This document shows positions 36,425 to 58,623 of a stretch of 64,000 bases of DNA, piece by piece. Source of the stretch: the human T2T-CHM13v2.0 reference genome, Homo sapiens; the NCBI RefSeq assembly GCF_009914755.1, contig NC_060938.1; one strand, given 5' to 3'. The number at the start of each line of letters is the position of its first letter. Position 1 is the first letter of the stretch. A program made the position numbers and the translations under genes. The notes under the pieces are model-generated. The model searched no databases. It saw nothing but the letters and a program-made list of their open reading frames with translations, and was not told the origin of the DNA.

Positions 36425-36605
36425 GGAGTAGTGAGCGTTTAATGGGTGCAGAGTTTCAGTTTTGCAAGATGAAAACAGCTCTGGAGATGGGTGGTAGTGA
36501 TGGATGCACAATATGAATGTACTTAATACCACTGAAGTGTACACTTACAAATGGTTAAGGTGGTAAATTTTATGTCATGTGTATTTTACCACAATAAAAA
36601 AAAAA
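36425..36605 (+). mobile_element. L1MB-type extreme 3' end (inside the SVA 3' transduction)
   Basis: tttaatgggtgcagagtttcagttttgcaagatgaaaa...aatggttaaggtggtaaattttatg...cacaataaaaaaaa. Confidence 0.85.
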
Positions 36606-36622
36606 TCAGGAAATATGATATC

Positions 36623-38010
<1,388 letters not shown>

Positions 38011-38295
38011 CTGGGCTCCCAAACAGGTTCATCCTCACACCAACTTGCAAGGGCGTGGCCCGCCTTGTCACCATGAGACCCTGAGAAAGTCCCTTCACCT
38101 CGCTGGGCTCTGGTTTCCTCATTCCAAGGATGGCTCTGCTATCTGCGTGTCGGCTATCGGTGCTGAGGCTGGCCCGCCTCTGCGTGGGCAGGATCTTGGC
38201 ATTCCTTTTGCTCCATGGACGCTGCCTCCCTGGGCTCGCCGCGCCTGGCCGCCCGGCAGGCAGCCCCAGGCCCCGGCTGCTCCATCCCGCTGCCC
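38011..38295 (-). other. GC/CpG-rich non-SVA segment fused to the SVA 5' end (5' transduction), includes a MIR-like piece at about 38065-38122
   Basis: Lies inside TSD tgatttttctt; composition unlike the AT-rich flanks. Confidence 0.75.
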
Positions 38296-39544
38296 TGATT
38301 TTTCTTATATTAAACCCCCTTGCATTCCTGGAATAAATGCTTTTGGGATTATGGTATATAATCCCTTTAATATGCTGTTAGATTTTATTTGCTAGTATTT
38401 TGTTGAAGACTTTTGCATCTATATTCATAAAAGATACTGGTCTGTTGTGTTTTCTTGTGGTGTTTTTGTCTGGCTTTAATGTCAGGATGCTACTGACCTC
38501 ATAGGAGTTAGGAAGTGTTTCTACTTTTAGAATGGTATATTTAATGACTGTGTTCCCTGGTTTTAAAAGTGCACTGTCTTCAGAATCTACTGAGGCATTC
38601 CTGTGTTAGAGACTTACGCTTTCTAAATTTTTTTCTGCATTTTTAGTTTTTCAGCCTCCTGCTTTATTGTCAGTATACCTCCTGCTGCTGTGTATCTCAT
38701 TTTTGCTTTTCTAGTTTGCAACTTCTAATCTGCTGTGAGTCAGGAAAACATATGGCAGAGTTAAATTGTGCTTTTGGTTAGGTTAGATAGAATCTGTGGA
38801 AAAACCCAAGGTGTTTCTCTTATAAGTAAATAATATATTTTAGTGGAAAGGCTTTGTGACATATTATTGGCTACTTGTAGTCCTTTCTGTTCCCATTTTT
38901 TTTTCAGTTATGCTAGAGTAGGTGATCAGGTGACCAAATTCCAGATAGCTGAGGTATTACTGTATTTGCCAGAATTTTTATTTGCATGTGGTTGCAGTTA
39001 ATCTGGAACGCCCCACTATGACAAATGAATTATAAAGAAATAGAGACTATCTTTAAAGCGTAGCAGTTATATTTTTGGTAAAAGTGGATTAGAAGGATAA
39101 ACATTAATAGCCTTCTCTGTATATTGGTCTAAAACTTGTGTTTTGTTTCACCACCCCAATATGGGATGAAAATGGATGAATGAATCTTTGTGTTATTGCT
39201 AAAGTAAATACAACTTCCTTAAGTAAAACCTTTTTGTTTAAACTTCAGCTTTCCCACTTGATGCTTTCAAGAACTCCCACTTTTTTTTTTTTAATCACTA
39301 CAACACTTTTTCACTAAATATCAATCCCTTGTTTCTCCTGCCCTACCTTGTCTGGATATTTCTCAATCCATTTTTATGTTCACTCCCTTGCATACTTCCT
39401 CGAAATTTCCACCATTTTATTCACTTGGCAAAACCTCAACTTTGGTTAAACCTCTGGTTACTCTGTGTTTGAACCAGAACAGGGGATATCATGGCTATAG
39501 AAAAACAAGCCATGCAGTTCACTTTGACTGTATGACCACACTTC

Positions 39545-39690
39545 CAGGCACAGTGGCTCACACCTGTAATACCAGTACTTTTGGGAAGCCAAGGAAGGAT
39601 TGCCTGATCCCGGGAATTTGAGGTTGCAGTGAGCCATGATCACAGTACTGCATTCCAGCCTGGGTAACAGAGTGAGACTCTGCCTCTGAA
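39545..39690 (+). mobile_element. FLAM/AluJ monomer followed by an AT-rich low-complexity tract (to about 39742)
   Basis: caggcacagtggctcacacctgtaat...cagcctgggtaacagagtgagactc. Confidence 0.8.
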
Positions 39691-39812
39691 GTAAATACAT
39701 ATATATGTAATAAAATATATATGTAATAAAATATATATATATGACCACATATCTTAAGCAGCTTAAGTGATCATCTTATATTTCCAATTTACCTAGTAAA
39801 TTTGTTTGTTGA

Positions 39813-40879
<1,067 letters not shown>

Positions 40880-41173
40880 TTTTTTTTTTTTTTAGGTTTG
40901 TCTTTATTTTATTTTATTTTTGCATTTCTAAGATTTGTATTAATTGTGTTAATTTTGTTAAAATCAATTTATAATTGTATTAAAAGATACATAACGTAAA
41001 ATGTGTCATGTTAACCATTTTGAAATATACATTTCAGTAGTAAATACATTCACATTGTTGTGCACCCAATCTCTAGAACTTTTGCATTTGGAAAAACTGA
41101 AACTGTATTTTTATGAAACGCCAACCCCCCCATTTCTCCCTTCCTCCAGCCACTGGCAACCACCATTTCATGT

Positions 41174-43786
<2,613 letters not shown>

Positions 43787-45047
43787 TAATTTAGAATAGT
43801 TTTCTAATCTTGTGGGTATGTTTTCATGTCATGAATTTTTTCATGAAAAAATTCAAAGCCTTTTTTTGCAGAATATTCCTAAATTTTATTTGACTAGAAA
43901 GTAGTGACACATTTTAGTTCAATAAACTGAATTTATCATAATATATGTATCCCCCTCCCCACATGGAATTTTAAGAAACTCGTTTTTGATAAATTGAGAA
44001 AAGAAAATACTGCTTTTTGTCTTATTCCTGTAATGGCATTGTGCCTGAAATGTCAAGTATCACCGCAAAAAACTCTTGCTCTATTGATGTTACTTCATCC
44101 CTATCAGCTTTTTAGCATGTGAAAAATCTCACTTCACTTAGCTTAAGTGAAGCCCCATTAGTAATGCATCATTAAAAACAGCATGAACACATTTACTTCA
44201 GCTGTTGTTTTAAAACTCAAAATAGCCGGCCTATTGAACTATACAGTATCAGGGACAATATATTTTATGTCTTGTATCACACATACATACTCTAAACACA
44301 GCACAGAGTGGGCATTTAAGGAACATTAAATCTTGTTTGAAATAAAAATATCATCACAATGTCTCATCATAGTATGTCTTCATGTGTTTGTCTTTTGCTT
44401 ATCCTAAGTGTATCTTTAAGTAGTTTGAGTAATTTATAGCCATTCCGTTTACTGTTGATGTCATTTATGCATGTCTGATTTATATTTGCTATTGGGCCTG
44501 AGCCATCACGTTTACAAGAATGACTCCCAGATCTTTATCTCTCACATTCCAGAGTGTTCTTATATTTCATTCTTATATTTAATTCTCCCAGTTGTCCAGG
44601 CCTCAGGTATCTCATTAATCTGTCTTTTTCACCCATTGTGCCCACATACCATTAATTGCCCATGCTTGTCCATTCCCAGCATTGTTTGTCTTAACATCTG
44701 TTTTACAGGGAAGACTCAGTATATAGCATTTATTTTGTTCCTTCCAATCCAGTTGTCTCATCACTCCCAAAGTTTTCCTATTAAAAAGTATTGAGTGCCT
44801 AGAAAGAAAAAATACCAAACTTTCATTGCCCAGGAATTGAGGCTTTTTTGGTTTAAATTATTTTAGTTGCTAGTCAGCAAACACTAATGCAAAAAATACA
44901 TTTAACTGGAATGAAGGTAACTTAGAGAAGCTGAAAGCAACTCATCTATTGGGCCAGAACCAGGAAGTGTTCTCTTTTCATTTCTCTTCTTTTTTATGTC
45001 TAGACTCACCTGGTCTGTTCACCAGATCCTAGAATTTTAGGTCTAAG

Positions 45048-45347
45048 TTGTTTTTTTGTTTGTTTGAGGTGGAGTCTCCCTCTGTTGCCCAGGCAAGAGC
45101 ACAGTGGCGTGATCTAGCCTCACTGCAACCTCTACCTCCCAGGTTCAAGCAGTTCTCCTGCCTCAGCCTCCTGAGTAGCTGGGTTTACGGGCACATGCCA
45201 CCACACCCAGCTAATTTTTGTATTTTTAGTAGAGACAGGGTTTCACCATGTTGGCCAGGCTGGTCTCAAACTCCTGGCCTCAGATGATCCACCCACCTTG
45301 GCCTCCCAAAGTGATGTGATTACAGGTGCAAGCCACCACTCCTGGCC
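45048..45347 (-). mobile_element. AluSx-like
   Basis: Dimer; TSD tttaggtctaagtt. Confidence 0.92.
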
Positions 45348-47170
45348 GATTTTTAGGTCTAAGTTTTAACCACATGCTAAGCCTAACCACATATCTTTGA
45401 ATTCTAATTCCAAATTTCCAGAAGAGATACTCTGATGAGTCCAGTATAGTGAGCATAGTGCCTAGTTAATTTTTAATTTTACATTACCAAATGATCAAAT
45501 AATTATTTAATTTTTTGATAACTGATGAATGTAGGATATGTTTTACTGTGTTAAAATGCATATTGCATTGTGCAGTTTTCTTGAAATAATGATTTTTACC
45601 ATTTACTCATGGACCTCCTTTTGTAGTTTTTATACTTAATCAAACATAAGAATGTACTTTTAATTCAGTGGGAGCTAGGTTCAATAAGTTTATATACTAC
45701 TACTAGTTCTTGTTTTGTTTTTTTCTTCCCAGCATGGGCTTTTAGAATTTTTTTGAGGTAAAATTTATATAACATAAGGTTAACCATTTTAAAGTATATA
45801 ATTCAGAGGCATTTAGTATATTCACAATGTTGTGCAACCATCACCTCTGGTTGCAAAATATTTTAATTGCTCCAAAAGGAGATCCTGTGCCCATTAAAGT
45901 CATTCCTCAGTTCACTCCTCTCACAGCCCTTGCAACCAATCTGCTTTCTCTTTAAGTTGCCCATTCTGGGAATTTCATGTTCTGAAATCACAAAATGTGA
46001 CCTTTTGTGTATGGCTCTTTCATTTAGCATATTATTTAGACTTATCCTCATTATAGCATGTATCAGTACATTATTTCTTTTTATGATTTATAAATTCCAT
46101 TATATAGCTATATCACATTTAGCCGTTTATTCATTGACAAGTATTTGGATTGTTTTCATTCTTTTGGCTATTGTGAATAGTGCTGCTGTGAATGTTTGTG
46201 TAAGTATTTGTTTTAGTACCTGTTTTGAATTCTTGAGGGTGTATGCCTAGGAGTGGAATTGCTGGATCATACGGTAATTCTATGTTTAACTTAGTAGAGA
46301 AGCACCACATTATTTTCTACAGCAGCTACACTATTTTACATTCTTATCAGCAGTGTACAGGTGTTTCATTTTCTCCACATCCTCACCAACACTTGCTGTT
46401 TTCCATTTTTAAATTATATGAAGTAATACCTCATTGTGATTTTGATTTCCATTTCCCGTTGACTAATGATGTTGAGCATCTTTTCATGTGTGTCTTGGCC
46501 ATTTGTGTACCTTCTTTGGAGAAATTTTTTTTTTTAAGTCTTTGGCCTTTTTAAATTGGGTTATCTTTTGTTAAGTTGTTAAGTTGATTCCTAGTACTGG
46601 ACTTTTATCAGGTAAGTGATTTGCAAGTATTTTCTCCCATTCTGTAGGTTGTCTTTCTTGATAATATCTTTTAATATATAAAAGTTTTAAATGTTAATGA
46701 AATCCAATTTATTTTTAAATAAATTGGATGTATATTGTTGCTCATGCTGTTGGTATCATAAATAAGAATTTATTGGCAAAATCAAGGTCATGAAGATTTA
46801 TCACTTTTTCCTTTATCCCTAGGTTTTATAGGGTTTGCTCTTACATTTAGGTCTTTAATATATTTTTGTATCTAGTATGAGGTAGAGATCTAAATTCGTT
46901 CTTAAGCATGTGGATATTCGCCTGTCTCTGCACTATTTATTGCGAAGAGTATCCTTTTCTCATTAAATGGTCTTGACACCCTTGTTGAAAATCAGTTGGC
47001 CATAGATACATGGGTTTATTTCTGTGCTCTCAGTTCTATTCCATTGATCTGTATATTATACTTTTGCTAGTACCACACTGTTTTGGTTACTGTAATTTTG
47101 TAGTAAGTTTTGAAATCAGAAAGCATAGAGTTCTTCGGTTTTTTCTTCTTTTTCAAGATTCCTTTAGCTA

Positions 47171-47650
<480 letters not shown>

Positions 47651-47895
47651 TTATTTAGATCTTGATCTTTAGTTTCTGTCAACACTATTTTGTCATTTTC
47701 ATTGTACAAGTGTTGTACCTTCTTGGTCAAATTTATTCCTAGGTATTTTATTCTTTAGGATGCTGTTGTAAATAGAATTTTTTTCTTGATTTCATCTTCA
47801 GATTGCTCATTGCTGGAGTATAAAAATACAACTAACTTTTATGTGTTGATCTTGTAACCTGCAACTTTGCTGAATTTTGTATTAACTTCTACTAG

Positions 47896-48208
47896 TTTTT
47901 ATTTGTTTGTGGTTTGTTTTGTTTTTAGAGGCAGAGTCTCACTCTGTTGCCCAGGCTGGAGTGCAGCAGTGCAATCTCTGCTCACTGCAACCTCCACTCC
48001 TGGGTTCAAGCAATTCTCTTGCCTCAGCTTCCCGAGTAGCTGGGATTACAGGTGGGTGCCACTGCACCTGGCTAGTTTTTATATTTTTAGTAGCGATGGG
48101 GTTTCACCATGTTGCCCAGACTGGTCTCAGACTCCTGAGCTCAGGTGATCTGCCCGCCTCAGCCTCCCAAAGTGCTGGGATTACAGGCGTGAGCCACTGC
48201 GCCTGGCC
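47896..48208 (-). mobile_element. AluS
   Basis: Dimer; flanks aacttctactagt/aactcttactagt. Confidence 0.9.
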
Positions 48209-49722
48209 AACTCTTACTAGTATTTTTTGTGGATTCTTTAGGATTTTCTGCATGTAAGTCATGTCATCTGTAAATAGGGATAATTTTACTTCATTTTTTT
48301 CCATCTTGGATATTATTTATTTATTTTTCCTTGCCTAAAACTCCAGTGTAATGTTAAACGGAAGTGGCAAAAACAGACATACTCGTTTTGTTCTTGATCT
48401 TAGGGGAAAACTGATTCTTTCACCATATTTCATCACAGCTAATAAGTATATAGCTCTGGATTTTTCATAAATGTCCTTGATCGTGTTGAAGAAGATAACC
48501 TTCTATTCCTAGCTTAAGTGACTTTATCATGAAAGGGTGATGAATTTTGTCAGATGCTTTTTCTACATCAATTGAGATGATCATATGGTTCCCCCCACCC
48601 CCTGCTGATTTATTCTATTAATGTGGCCCATCAGACTAATTGTTTTCCATATTTCATACTACCCTTGCTTTTTTTGGATAAATCCTACTTGGTCATGATG
48701 TATAATCTTAATATTCTATTCTTAATATTCAATTAATATTGATTTGGTTTGGTAGTATTTTGTTGAAGATTTTAAAAATCTGTATATGTAAGGGATATTG
48801 GCCTATAGTTTTCACTTTGTATTTTTAATCTGGCTATGGGGCATTAGGGTAATCACAGCTTCATAGGAAGTGTTTCTCTTTGTTTTTTAGAAGAGTTTGA
48901 GATCAATTATTGTTAATACTTTTTTAAGGGTTTGGCATAATTCATCAGTGAAAATATCTTGTATTGGGCTTTTTTGTTTTTGTGAGCTTTTGATTACTAG
49001 ATCAAGCTCATTTGTTTATAGAGCTGTTGAGATTTTCTGTTTCTTCTTGAATCAGTTTTGGTAGTTGGTATATTTCTAAAAAAGTTTATTTCATTTAACT
49101 TACCTAATTTGATGGCGTACAATTGTTCATAGTATTCTCTTGTAACCCTTTTTATCTGTATATTTCATTAGTGATGTGTCTACTTTCATTTCTGATTTTA
49201 GTAATTGGAGTCTTCTCTTTTTTTTCCTTGGTAAATCTAGCTAAAGGTTTGTCAATTTAATCTTTTCAGAGAACCAACTTTTGGTTTTGTTTGATTCTCC
49301 CTATTGTTTTTCTACTTTCTATTTTATCTCTATATTAATTTTTATTATTTCTTTCATTCTGCTAGCTTTAGGTTTAGCTTTGTCTTCTTTTTCTAGTTCC
49401 TTAAAGTTGGAATCTTTTTAAATCAAGGTTTTTACAGATGCAGGTTTCCGTCTGAAAATCTTTTGGCTGCATCCCATAGGTTTTTGTATATTGTTCTTTT
49501 TGTTCATGTCAAAGTATTTTCTTTTTTTTTTTCTAAAAGAAAAATAAAAAGAAAACATTTATTTAAAACCACTATATGCCAGACATTGCTAACAATAGGA
49601 TAATACCATATGTGATTAAAAATAATTTTGCCAATATAATTTCCTGCCAGATCTTTTTTTCTTTTGTATATTCCACTTCCTTTTCTCTCTCTTTTTTTTT
49701 TTTTTTTTTAGGTTATTTGTTC

Positions 49723-49859
49723 TTTTTTTTTTTTTTTTTCCTTTTTTTTTTTTTTTATTATACTTTAAGTTTTAGGGTACATCTGCACATTGTGCAGGTT
49801 AGTTACATATGTATACATGTGCCATGCTGGTGCACTGCACCCACTAAATCGTCATCTAG
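49723..49859 (-). mobile_element. Young L1 (L1PA2-like) 3' stub with poly(A)
   Basis: cacattgtgcaggttagttacatatgtatacatgtgccatgctggtg...cccactaa.tcgtcatctag (young-L1 variants). Confidence 0.9.
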
Positions 49860-49925
49860 AAGTGTTTTCTAATTTTATTTGTAATTTCTTCTTTGTTCCA
49901 TTGGCTGTTGAAGAATGTGTTGTTT

Positions 49926-50238
<313 letters not shown>

Positions 50239-52764
50239 TTAATTTTCACATATTTATTAATTTTTCTTTTGTTACTTATATCTGTTTTTATTCCCTTGTG
50301 ATCAGAGAACATACTCTCTATTATTTCATGCCTTTAAAATTTATTTAAACTTGTTTTGTGGCCTAACATACGGTGTTTCCTCCAGAATGTTACATGTGCA
50401 TTTAAAGAGAATGTATATTGTGCTGTTGTTAGATAGAGTGTTCTGTGTGTTTGTTTGGTCTAGTCGGTTTTTAGTGTTCAAAGTCTCTGTTTTCCTTGGT
50501 GATCTGTCTAGTTCTGTTCATTATTATAGTGGACTACTATCGTCTCCAACTTTTATAGTTGAATTGTTTATTTCTCCCTTCAATTCTGTCAGTTTTTGCC
50601 TTATGTATTTTGGACTCTTGTTAGGTGCATTTATGTTTATAATTATATCTTACTGATGGAGTCTCCCTGTTACTGATGTATAATGTCCTTCTATGCTCTT
50701 GTAACAGTTTTTGTCTTAAAGTCTATTTTTTCTGATACTAGGATAGCTACTCCCACTGTCTTATTAATTACTATTTATATGGAATGTACTTTTCTATCCT
50801 TTTACGTTCAACATATTGTGTCTTTGGTACTGTAGTGATTGTCTTATAGACTGTGTATAGTTGGATGCTGTTTTTCTCTTTTATCCATTCTACTAATCTC
50901 TGTCTTAATAGGAGATTTCAAATTATTTTCTTAGTCATTACCCTGCAGATTACAATTAACATATTTATAATAGTCATGTTTTAATTGAAAGCACCTTAGT
51001 TTCAAAAGTGTACAAAAACCGCTCCTTTACAGCTTCATTTCCCATCTTTGTTATTGTCAGAAATTACATCTTTATACATTTTATGCCCATTAACATAGAC
51101 TTGTAATTATTGTTTTATGTACTTCTAAAATCATACCAGGACAAAAAGGAGTTATAAATCAAAAATGAAATACTGCTGGCTTATATGCTTGCCTATCTAG
51201 CTGCCATAACCTTCGTTATTTATTTTTTTGTATGGCTTCAAGTTACTGTCTAGTGCCCTTTCATTTCAGCTTAGAGAACTTCCTTAACTCTCTTTACCAT
51301 ATCTTGTAGGACATGTATACTAGTGACAATCTCTCTCAACTTTCGTTTATCTAAGAGTATCTTAGTTTCTCCTTCATTTTTGAAACATAGTTTTACCAGA
51401 CACAGAATTTTTGGTTTGCAGGGTTTTTTTTCTCTTTAAACACTTTAAATATATCATTCTACTGTCTTCTAACCTCCATGGTTTCTGAAGATCGAATAGG
51501 CTGTTAATGTTATTGAATATACCTTATATGTGACAGTTGCTTCTTTCTTGTTTTTTCATTCATTCCTCTTTTCTCTTCAGACTGGATAATCTCAACCAGT
51601 CTTTAAAAATTCACTGATTACTCCTTCTGACTGCTCATGTCTGCTGTTAACCTCTCAACCTCTCTGGTGAAGTTTTCTTTTCATTTATTGTACTTTTCAA
51701 TTGCAGAATTTCTTTTTAGCGTCTTTTTATAATTTCTGTGTATGTATTGATATTCAGTTCGTTGAGTCATCATTCTCCTGGTTTCCTTTAGTTCTTTGTT
51801 CATGGTTTCCTTTAGATCTTTGTGATTTTTTAAAAGAACTTTTGATTTAAAGTCTTTGTCTAGTAAATGCAATGGACATTTTCTCTAAATTTCTTTTTTT
51901 CCTGTAATAAACTCTACTTTCTTGTTTCTTTGTATGCCTCTTTTGTTGAAAATAAAGACATTTAAAAGATTATAATATGGCAGCTCTGGAAATGAAATTC
52001 TTTCCCCTCACCAGGGTTTGCTTTTGCTGTGTGTTGTTTATGTTGTTTGCTTGTTTAGAGACTTCTGTAAACTATTTTTGTGAAGTCTGTATTCTTTGCC
52101 ATTTGCTGCCACTGAAGTCTGTTCTATTCACTTTGCGGTGATTTGTTAGTTTCTTTAAATATCTGGAGCCAAGGGAAAAACAACACTTTCCAAGTCTTGT
52201 GGGTGAAACAAAGGCAAGCCCTTGTGCCTTCCCTTCAGAGAGCCAAAAGACAGGTTGAAATCCATGACCACAGTTCTTTCAGAATAAGGTTGGTATTGCT
52301 CTCTGGCACTTGTGTAACCCACACCCACAGTGCAGGCTACTGTCCTCATGATTGTCACTAATCTGGGGTATTAGGGGATGGGAGGTAATTTAAAGCTTTC
52401 TTCACCAAGATGATTACTGGTTGTTGTAATTTTTTAATAGATTACAGAGTTCTGCAAACGTTGATTCTGACCCTTCTGGCAGCTCATTAGTCGCTTTTGT
52501 TGGGGGACTGAGTCCTGGAATTCTCTTATCCACCACTTTTGGTGACATCACTCCCCATGGACACATTTATCAAATTTATGGATTATTTATACACCTTGCA
52601 TCTCTGTTACCCTTTGTAATCTATTTTATGACTTAAATAATTATGTCACCCTGAAGGTGTAGGGGAACAGGCAGTGAAACCCTGGTTTTTTATCTGTTAG
52701 CAACTCAAATAAAACTTAGGCCATTCTAAAACTTCAGATATCAGTAATACTCTGGGTTACTTAA

Positions 52765-53172
<408 letters not shown>

Positions 53173-53448
53173 AAAAGGCAACATTATTTTACATTACTAA
53201 AATTTTATATTTAGCTTGGGAATGTTGGGATAGGTTTCTAATCCCTTTATTGCTTGGAGGTCCAGGATGGATACTTTGGGTGATTTAAGGCCATATAAAA
53301 CTTGGATAATTCACAGCTGGATAATTTAGTCTGTTTTTGTTTTTTGAAATCACTGTTAATAGTGAGTAAAGGGCAAGATTTTAGTGTGGATAGTTAAGGG
53401 CCTTATAATCTCCATTTAACAAATAATAATAAATGTTTATCACTGTGG

Positions 53449-53656
53449 AAGGGGTTTCCCAACCTTAGCATTATTGACATTTGAGGCTATTTAATTCTTT
53501 GTTGTTAGAGGCTGTCCTTTGCATTCTAGGATGTTTAACAGCATTCCTGGCCACTGCCTGTTAGATAGCCTTCCTACAATTTTGACAACCAAAAATATCT
53601 CTAGGCATTACCAAGTGTTCCTTGAGGTGCATTATGCCCCCAGCTGAGAACCACTG
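53449..53656 (-). mobile_element. MER20
   Basis: aaccttagcattattgacattt...aaccaaaaatatctctaggcatt...gagaaccactg; 8-bp TSD cactgtgg/cactgtgt. Confidence 0.88.
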
Positions 53657-53959
53657 CACTGTGTGAAGAACCCTGGGGATGGAAAGTTCCTGCTATGACT
53701 TTTACTGAGTAGTAATAGAGCTATAGATAAAGTACTACAGGAGTGCAAAGGAAGAAAAAATTGCGTCTAATTGGAGATAGCAGGGAACGTGTCAATGAGG
53801 AAGAAATGTTTCAACTGGGATATATAGATATACATGGAGTAATAAGAATTCTGTAAAAGAATACATTCACAAAGTCAGGATAAATGTTATCTAGAGAACA
53901 ATGAAGTATAGTTATTTTGAGGTAAGATTACAGGTGTGAGCTACCATGCCTGGCTTTAA

Positions 53960-55410
<1,451 letters not shown>

Positions 55411-55564
55411 TAAATGGTTTAAAATAGAAAACAGTCCACTAAGAACTTACTTTTTTAAAATGCTCAAAAAATATTTTATTCTTACAAATATTTTACCACT
55501 ATAAATTTGTAACGAAATTGTACATAAGATTAAGTACATTTATTGTTATAGATGTATATTGGTT

Positions 55565-55839
55565 TTTTGTTTGGTTGGTTGGGGTTTTTTTTTGGAGACA
55601 GGGTCTTGCTCTGTTGCCTTGACCTCCCAGGCTCAGGTGGGGAGCCTGAGCCTCAGCCTCCTGAGTAGCTGGGGCTACAGGTGCATGCCACCATGCCCAG
55701 CTAAGTTTTTCTTTATTATTTGTAGAGACAGAGTCTCCCTGTGTTGCCCAGGCTGGGCTCAAACTCCTGGGCCAAGCAGTTCTCCCACCTTGGCCTCCCA
55801 GAGTGCTGGGATTACAAACATGAGCCACTGTGCCCAGCC
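55565..55839 (-). mobile_element. AluJ with an internal deletion, ending 52 nt before an exon acceptor
   Basis: gagacagggtcttgctctgttgcc...gagccactgtgcccagcc. Confidence 0.87.
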
Positions 55840-55891
55840 GTGTGGATATATATGTGTTTATTAAAGTATGCATATTTCTTTATTCTCTTAG

Positions 55892-55969
55892 GGTTATGTA
55901 CCGAAGGACTCTACCGTGTCAGCGGGAATAAAACTGACCAAGACAATATTCAAAAGCAGTTTGATCAAG
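55892..55969 (+). CDS. ARHGAP5: ARHGAP5 coding exon (78 nt), GLCTEGLYRVSGNKTDQDNIQKQFDQ, contains the arginine finger (CGT 55915-55917, R1297 counting from 293 with the proximal NAGNAG)
   Basis: Acceptor tttattctcttag|, donor AAG|gtaaga; EGLYRVSG RhoGAP catalytic motif; phase 1-1. Confidence 0.97.
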
Positions 55970-56639
55970 GTAAGAAGATGATTATGTGAAATAAAAATTG
56001 TTGTTTTATGTTTTCCTTGTTAGAATTCATGGTGAGAAGATTGATTTTCATTTGAAAACTTCCTAAGGATATGGATGTTGAGGAGAGAGGGTTTCAAAGT
56101 GAGATTAGAAGCACTAAGTAAAATAGATACCACAGTAAAGGTACAAAACAGCTAGGGAAAGCCTGTTTTCTTTACATTAGCAAGGAAGTCACTGATTACT
56201 TTTAGAGCCTTTGAATTAAGGGGACTTGGTACTAGGGATTTATAAGAGGAAATAGATGATAAGAAACTTCTAAAATACAATTGCAATAGAAGAAAAGATT
56301 GAAAACGAGGCAGTTGAGTCAAGAAAATACAATATTGTATAAATTTTTAATGTAAGTATGAAGACAGAAGAGGATTTGGTAAATAAGAAAGGAGGTACTG
56401 GAAAAGCAGGCATTCAGTATTGAAGCAAAGTCCATCAGGCCTGGAAGGAATGGAAAGCAGTAGAATAAATTTTGTTTTTGAAATAACAAGAAACTATCTC
56501 TTACACTAAGACTGAAGGGAATACTGTACAATATTTTGATATCAGATTAGATATTTTATGGAGCATATACTCCGAGTTTCTTCCCAAATTTCGTATTCCT
56601 AATACATTAAACTATCTCACAAATAAAAGACTGTGACTG

Positions 56640-57860
<1,221 letters not shown>

Positions 57861-57919
57861 AGTGTTTAAAAAACTGTTTAGACAATGGTATTAAATTGGT
57901 AGAATTTCACTTCCAGTAA

Positions 57920-58152
57920 TGAATGCATGGTTATAGTTAATACCAAGGCTCTTGAGTTTGACTTTCTTGTTTTGTTTTCTCGTCCTGCCACCACTGCCAC
58001 TATTTTTGTGCCTCTGGCAAGTTAATCTTTCTAAATCTCAATTTCTTCATGTCTAGTATGGGAGTGATGAGAGTAACTATAAGGATGATGGGATAATGCA
58101 TATGAAGAGTTTTCTCTCCGAGCACCATATTAAATGTTCATTGGGTAGCTAT
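57920..58152 (+). mobile_element. MIR
   Basis: ggcaagttaatctttctaaatctcaatttcttcatgtctagtatggga. Confidence 0.65.
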
Positions 58153-58623
58153 TACTACAAAGAATGTAGCCTAAGGAAATAAGCTTGTATGTATTAAAGC
58201 ATAGCATCATATCATTTTCATATTATTGTAATATATTTAAATGAAATCTAAATGTTCAGTAATAGAATATTATGTAAATTGTATAATCTAAGGAAATATT
58301 TCACAGCCATTAAAATTGTTTATGTAGGGCAAAATGTTAACAATTGATTTGGCAATTTTTTTAATGAGCAGAGAAAGGCTGAAAGGAAACATGCTAAACT
58401 GTAAACAATGCTTCTCTCTAGGTGATGGGGAAATTTTTTTTCTTTTTGCTGGCCTATTTTTTATATTAAAGTGATTTACTGATAGCAAATTAACCTTATG
58501 ATACACCTTTAGTATGTTCCATTCTTGATTTTTTTAGTCGGAACTTCACCAACTACTTAAATTTAAACCATTTTACATAAAATTTTGAACTGTAAGCTTA
58601 AAAGGTCCAAATTAGAATTTATA

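Noticed and set aside
55741-55989. Alu-initiated ORF in frame with the catalytic exon, or an in-frame Alu extension of that exon
   Set aside because: It starts at GTG, and the Alu AGs at 55725, 55727, 55731 and 55751 would add 166, 164, 160 or 140 nt, all frameshifting
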